Both the position numbers and the translations under genes were made by a program. From assembly GCA_001179505.1 (NCBI GenBank), contig CDMY01000545.1, forward strand, positions 1-54,034: a stretch of 54,034 nucleotides of DNA. Reading direction: 5' to 3'. The notes beneath the pieces were generated by a model. The model was not told the DNA's origin. It worked only from the letters and a program-made list of their open reading frames with translations, and made no database searches. Below are positions 51,526 through 54,034 of the stretch, piece after piece (position 1 is the first letter of the stretch; the number at the start of each line of letters is the position of its first letter). This stretch comes from Vitrella brassicaformis CCMP3155 (Eukaryota > Protista > Chromerida).

Positions 51526-53553
51526 CTACAAGAGCCCCAACGTGCAGATCACCATCGCTACCACCACCCCGCCCCACCACAATCCCCCCCCACACACCGC
51601 TGCGCTCTCAGTCGGATCGGGTGGTGTTGACGTTAGCGGTGTTGCCGTAGAGGTTGGGGGGGTTGTCTCGCTGGGTGTTGGTGTCGGCTCGGGCTCGGAA
51701 GTGGATGTTCTCGTCGGCTCCGATGTCGGTGTCGGCTCGGGGGTTGTTGTTGTCGGCTGTGGGGGGGGGGCTTGTGGTCGGCTGAGGCGGAGTAGGAGTG
51801 CTGCGCGGCTCGGCGATCTCTCCGCGCACTTGCAAGATTTCTATATCATCAGCCATGAAAACCTCCGACCCGCCCAGCGGAACGGCTCGATCGCCCTGAT
51901 TCCCTGGATTCTCGTAGCCCGGAGGCAGCCAATTCCACTCAGTCAGCTGACTGCAGTTGCGGATGTCGGCAGCAGGGCGACTGCATGTGCCGTCGCAGTT
52001 ACCGTCGGCCAGGAAGAACTCACCATAGGAAGAACTCACCATAGACATCCTTGCAGCTGTATCTCGGCCACCCCACCGCCAATCACGCCGCACAGTCCCC
52101 CGCCTTCCCGCCACATCGCATGTCACCCTCTGAGGTATGTCGATCCTGGTCGGATTCTTGTAGCGTCCCGATAGTGAGAACCAAAACACCTCACACTTGT
52201 ACTTGTGGCTCTCTACCGCATTGGCGGGCGGCCGGATGCCTTCGCTGATGTAGACACCGAACAGATACGGGCCTTCGCGGATGACTATCATCAAGTCCGT
52301 CTCATTCTCCACACGGTCCAGCAGCTCGCCATACGATGCTCAATCCACAGAGGCCCTGTATCACACACACACACAACAAACAGCCACTGTAAGTGCTTTG
52401 ATGCACCACACGTGAGTGTGTTTGAACAGACACATACCGGTGGAGCGTGTCGACCATCGTGTCATTTGATGGCTTCAGCAGGCTAAGCAGCCCGCCGTAC
52501 TCCACATCAGATAGCGACAAGCCGGCAGGTGGTTGAGCAGGCGGTGGCGGGGGGGGCGGGGCAGTCGGTTGTGGCGGGTACACTTGAAGCACCTCTAGCT
52601 CATCTGCCCGAAACTCAAACGACCCCGCCAGCCAAGCATACTTACGGTCGCCCCTGTCGGTGGGGTCACCAGAGTTTCCCCCCCGCACACCCTCGTAGCC
52701 GTCTGGAACATACTCTATGGGGATGTCTTGAAAGCCGCTGTCGATCCAGCCATCGTCATAATACGGCTCGTTCAAGCCCAACATCAACCTTCCGCCGATA
52801 AGCACCCTCGATCCACACGCGATGTCCCAGGCGCTGGGTATACGGTCACAGTAGTCTCCCACCCTGCCCACCACCCGTATCTCCTGCCACGATTGCCATA
52901 GCTTGATTTCGGTCGGCGTGTCGAAGTGGCCCGCCAGTGAGAACCACGACACCTCACTCTTGTAGATATGCATCTTGGTCGCGTTGGCGGGAGTTTGGAT
53001 GCCGTCTTTGATGTAGACGGCAAAGAGATACTGGTCTTTGCGGATCACAATCACCACGTCCGTCTTGTTCTCCACAAGGTCCAGCAGATCGCCATAAAAT
53101 GTGCCGTCCCAAGTGGCCCTGCATGCCACACATACACACACACACACACACACACGACAGACAGCTATTGTTGATGAGGTGCACCAAAATACACATCTGT
53201 ATATATGTGTGTATACCGACCTGTAGAGGGTCGTGAGCTTCGTATCGTTCTTTGCTTCCAGCAGGCCACGGAGGCCCTCGTATTCTGACTGAGACAGGTT
53301 GGTGCCGACCGGAAAAGTGTCCTGCAAACGACGCACCTACACACGAATGCACAGTCAGAGAGCCGCAGACAGACAGACAAACAGACAGACATCGAGGAAA
53401 GGCAGCTGACTGATTACGTTGCGGGTGCGTGTGTGAGCGTGAGTGTGCGTGTGGTACAGACGTACATACCTCGTGTGTTGTGCTTGTGGGCGTCGAACAG
53501 AGGGCGAGCGTGACGGCCAAGGCCAACAGCATCATGCCACGGAGAGCCACCAT
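51526..53553 (-). CDS. Signal peptide + TLDc + Pro linker + TLDc + Pro/Thr stalk + GPI-like tail (carries an in-frame TGA and a homopolymer frameshift)
   Basis: MVALRGMMLLALAVTLALCST...; TLY|RATWDG...VIVIRKDQYLFAVY...LAGSFEFRADELEVLQV; second domain LH|RASVD*ASY...LGGSEVFMADDIEILQV; PTTTTPEPTPTSEPT...; ESAAVCGGGLWWGGVVVAMVICTLGLL-TAG (51526-51528). Confidence 0.75.
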
Positions 53554-54034
53554 TGGGTGAGGGACCGAAGGACACGCACACAGCTACTCTGTGAACAGTG
53601 ATCCGCGTAGATCCGCAGGAAGAAGGACACGCTGACGGACACAGAGAGATCTGGCCACGACATTCACTCACGGGACGGCAGGAAGGATACGCAACAGACA
53701 GGTGAAGACAGACAATAGATGGGTGAGTGATCCACGAGATCAGGCAAGCAGATCTCCCTCTTCCATTCCGAGTAAGGGGCACCCACTGCGTGAGCACCCC
53801 GGCCCGCGAATTGGGCGGGGGTCCAAAGCAGCGTGCGAAGTGGTGGTGAATTATGCGTCACAGAGACATGCACAGCACGAGTGTTGGCGAGAAGCACACC
53901 GACGCATGCAACAATAGCGAGAGTGTCAAAAAACATGCAGACAACAATGGCGGGAGCTTGAAAATGGCAATAACATGCAGGTACTCAGAGGGCTGCAGTA
54001 AGAACACAAGACACGCCCTTATTGAAGACGTGCT

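Noticed and set aside
52340-52342. Selenocysteine or variant genetic code at the in-frame TGA
   Set aside because: Paralogs have Gly, not Cys, at this position. TGA is a normal terminator for other genes here, and I saw no SECIS I could support.

Overview
This is intron-rich eukaryotic genomic DNA. Most introns are ~55-130 nt, GT-AG and filled with (TG)n/(GTCT)n/(GGGA)n microsatellites. That style plus the gene content suggests a chromerid alveolate such as Vitrella brassicaformis (inference only). I hand-spliced about 16 genes. Conserved genes: DDX3/Ded1, TGS1-like methyltransferase, an RRM protein, a CPBP/Abi protease with a likely plastid leader, Rab2, an hnRNP F/H-like 3xqRRM protein, PEX12 and a DDX21-like helicase. 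Accessory genes: a secreted PAN/apple-like protein, an F-box-like protein, a DUF2254 membrane protein, an IQ+CBM48 protein, a secreted vanadium-haloperoxidase-like protein, a divergent kinase with a duplicated first exon, and a family of secreted TLDc-domain genes. There is a 299-N assembly gap. The strongest leads are (1) TLDc domains, normally cytosolic, built into signal-peptide / Pro-Thr-stalk / GPI-like surface proteins and turning over by birth-and-death, (2) a secreted VHPO-type enzyme with a His-to-Ser active-site change, and (3) a recurrent AGCT-N-AGCT dyad in very short head-to-head promoters. All exon structures were inferred by eye without RNA data, so some gene ends are approximate.
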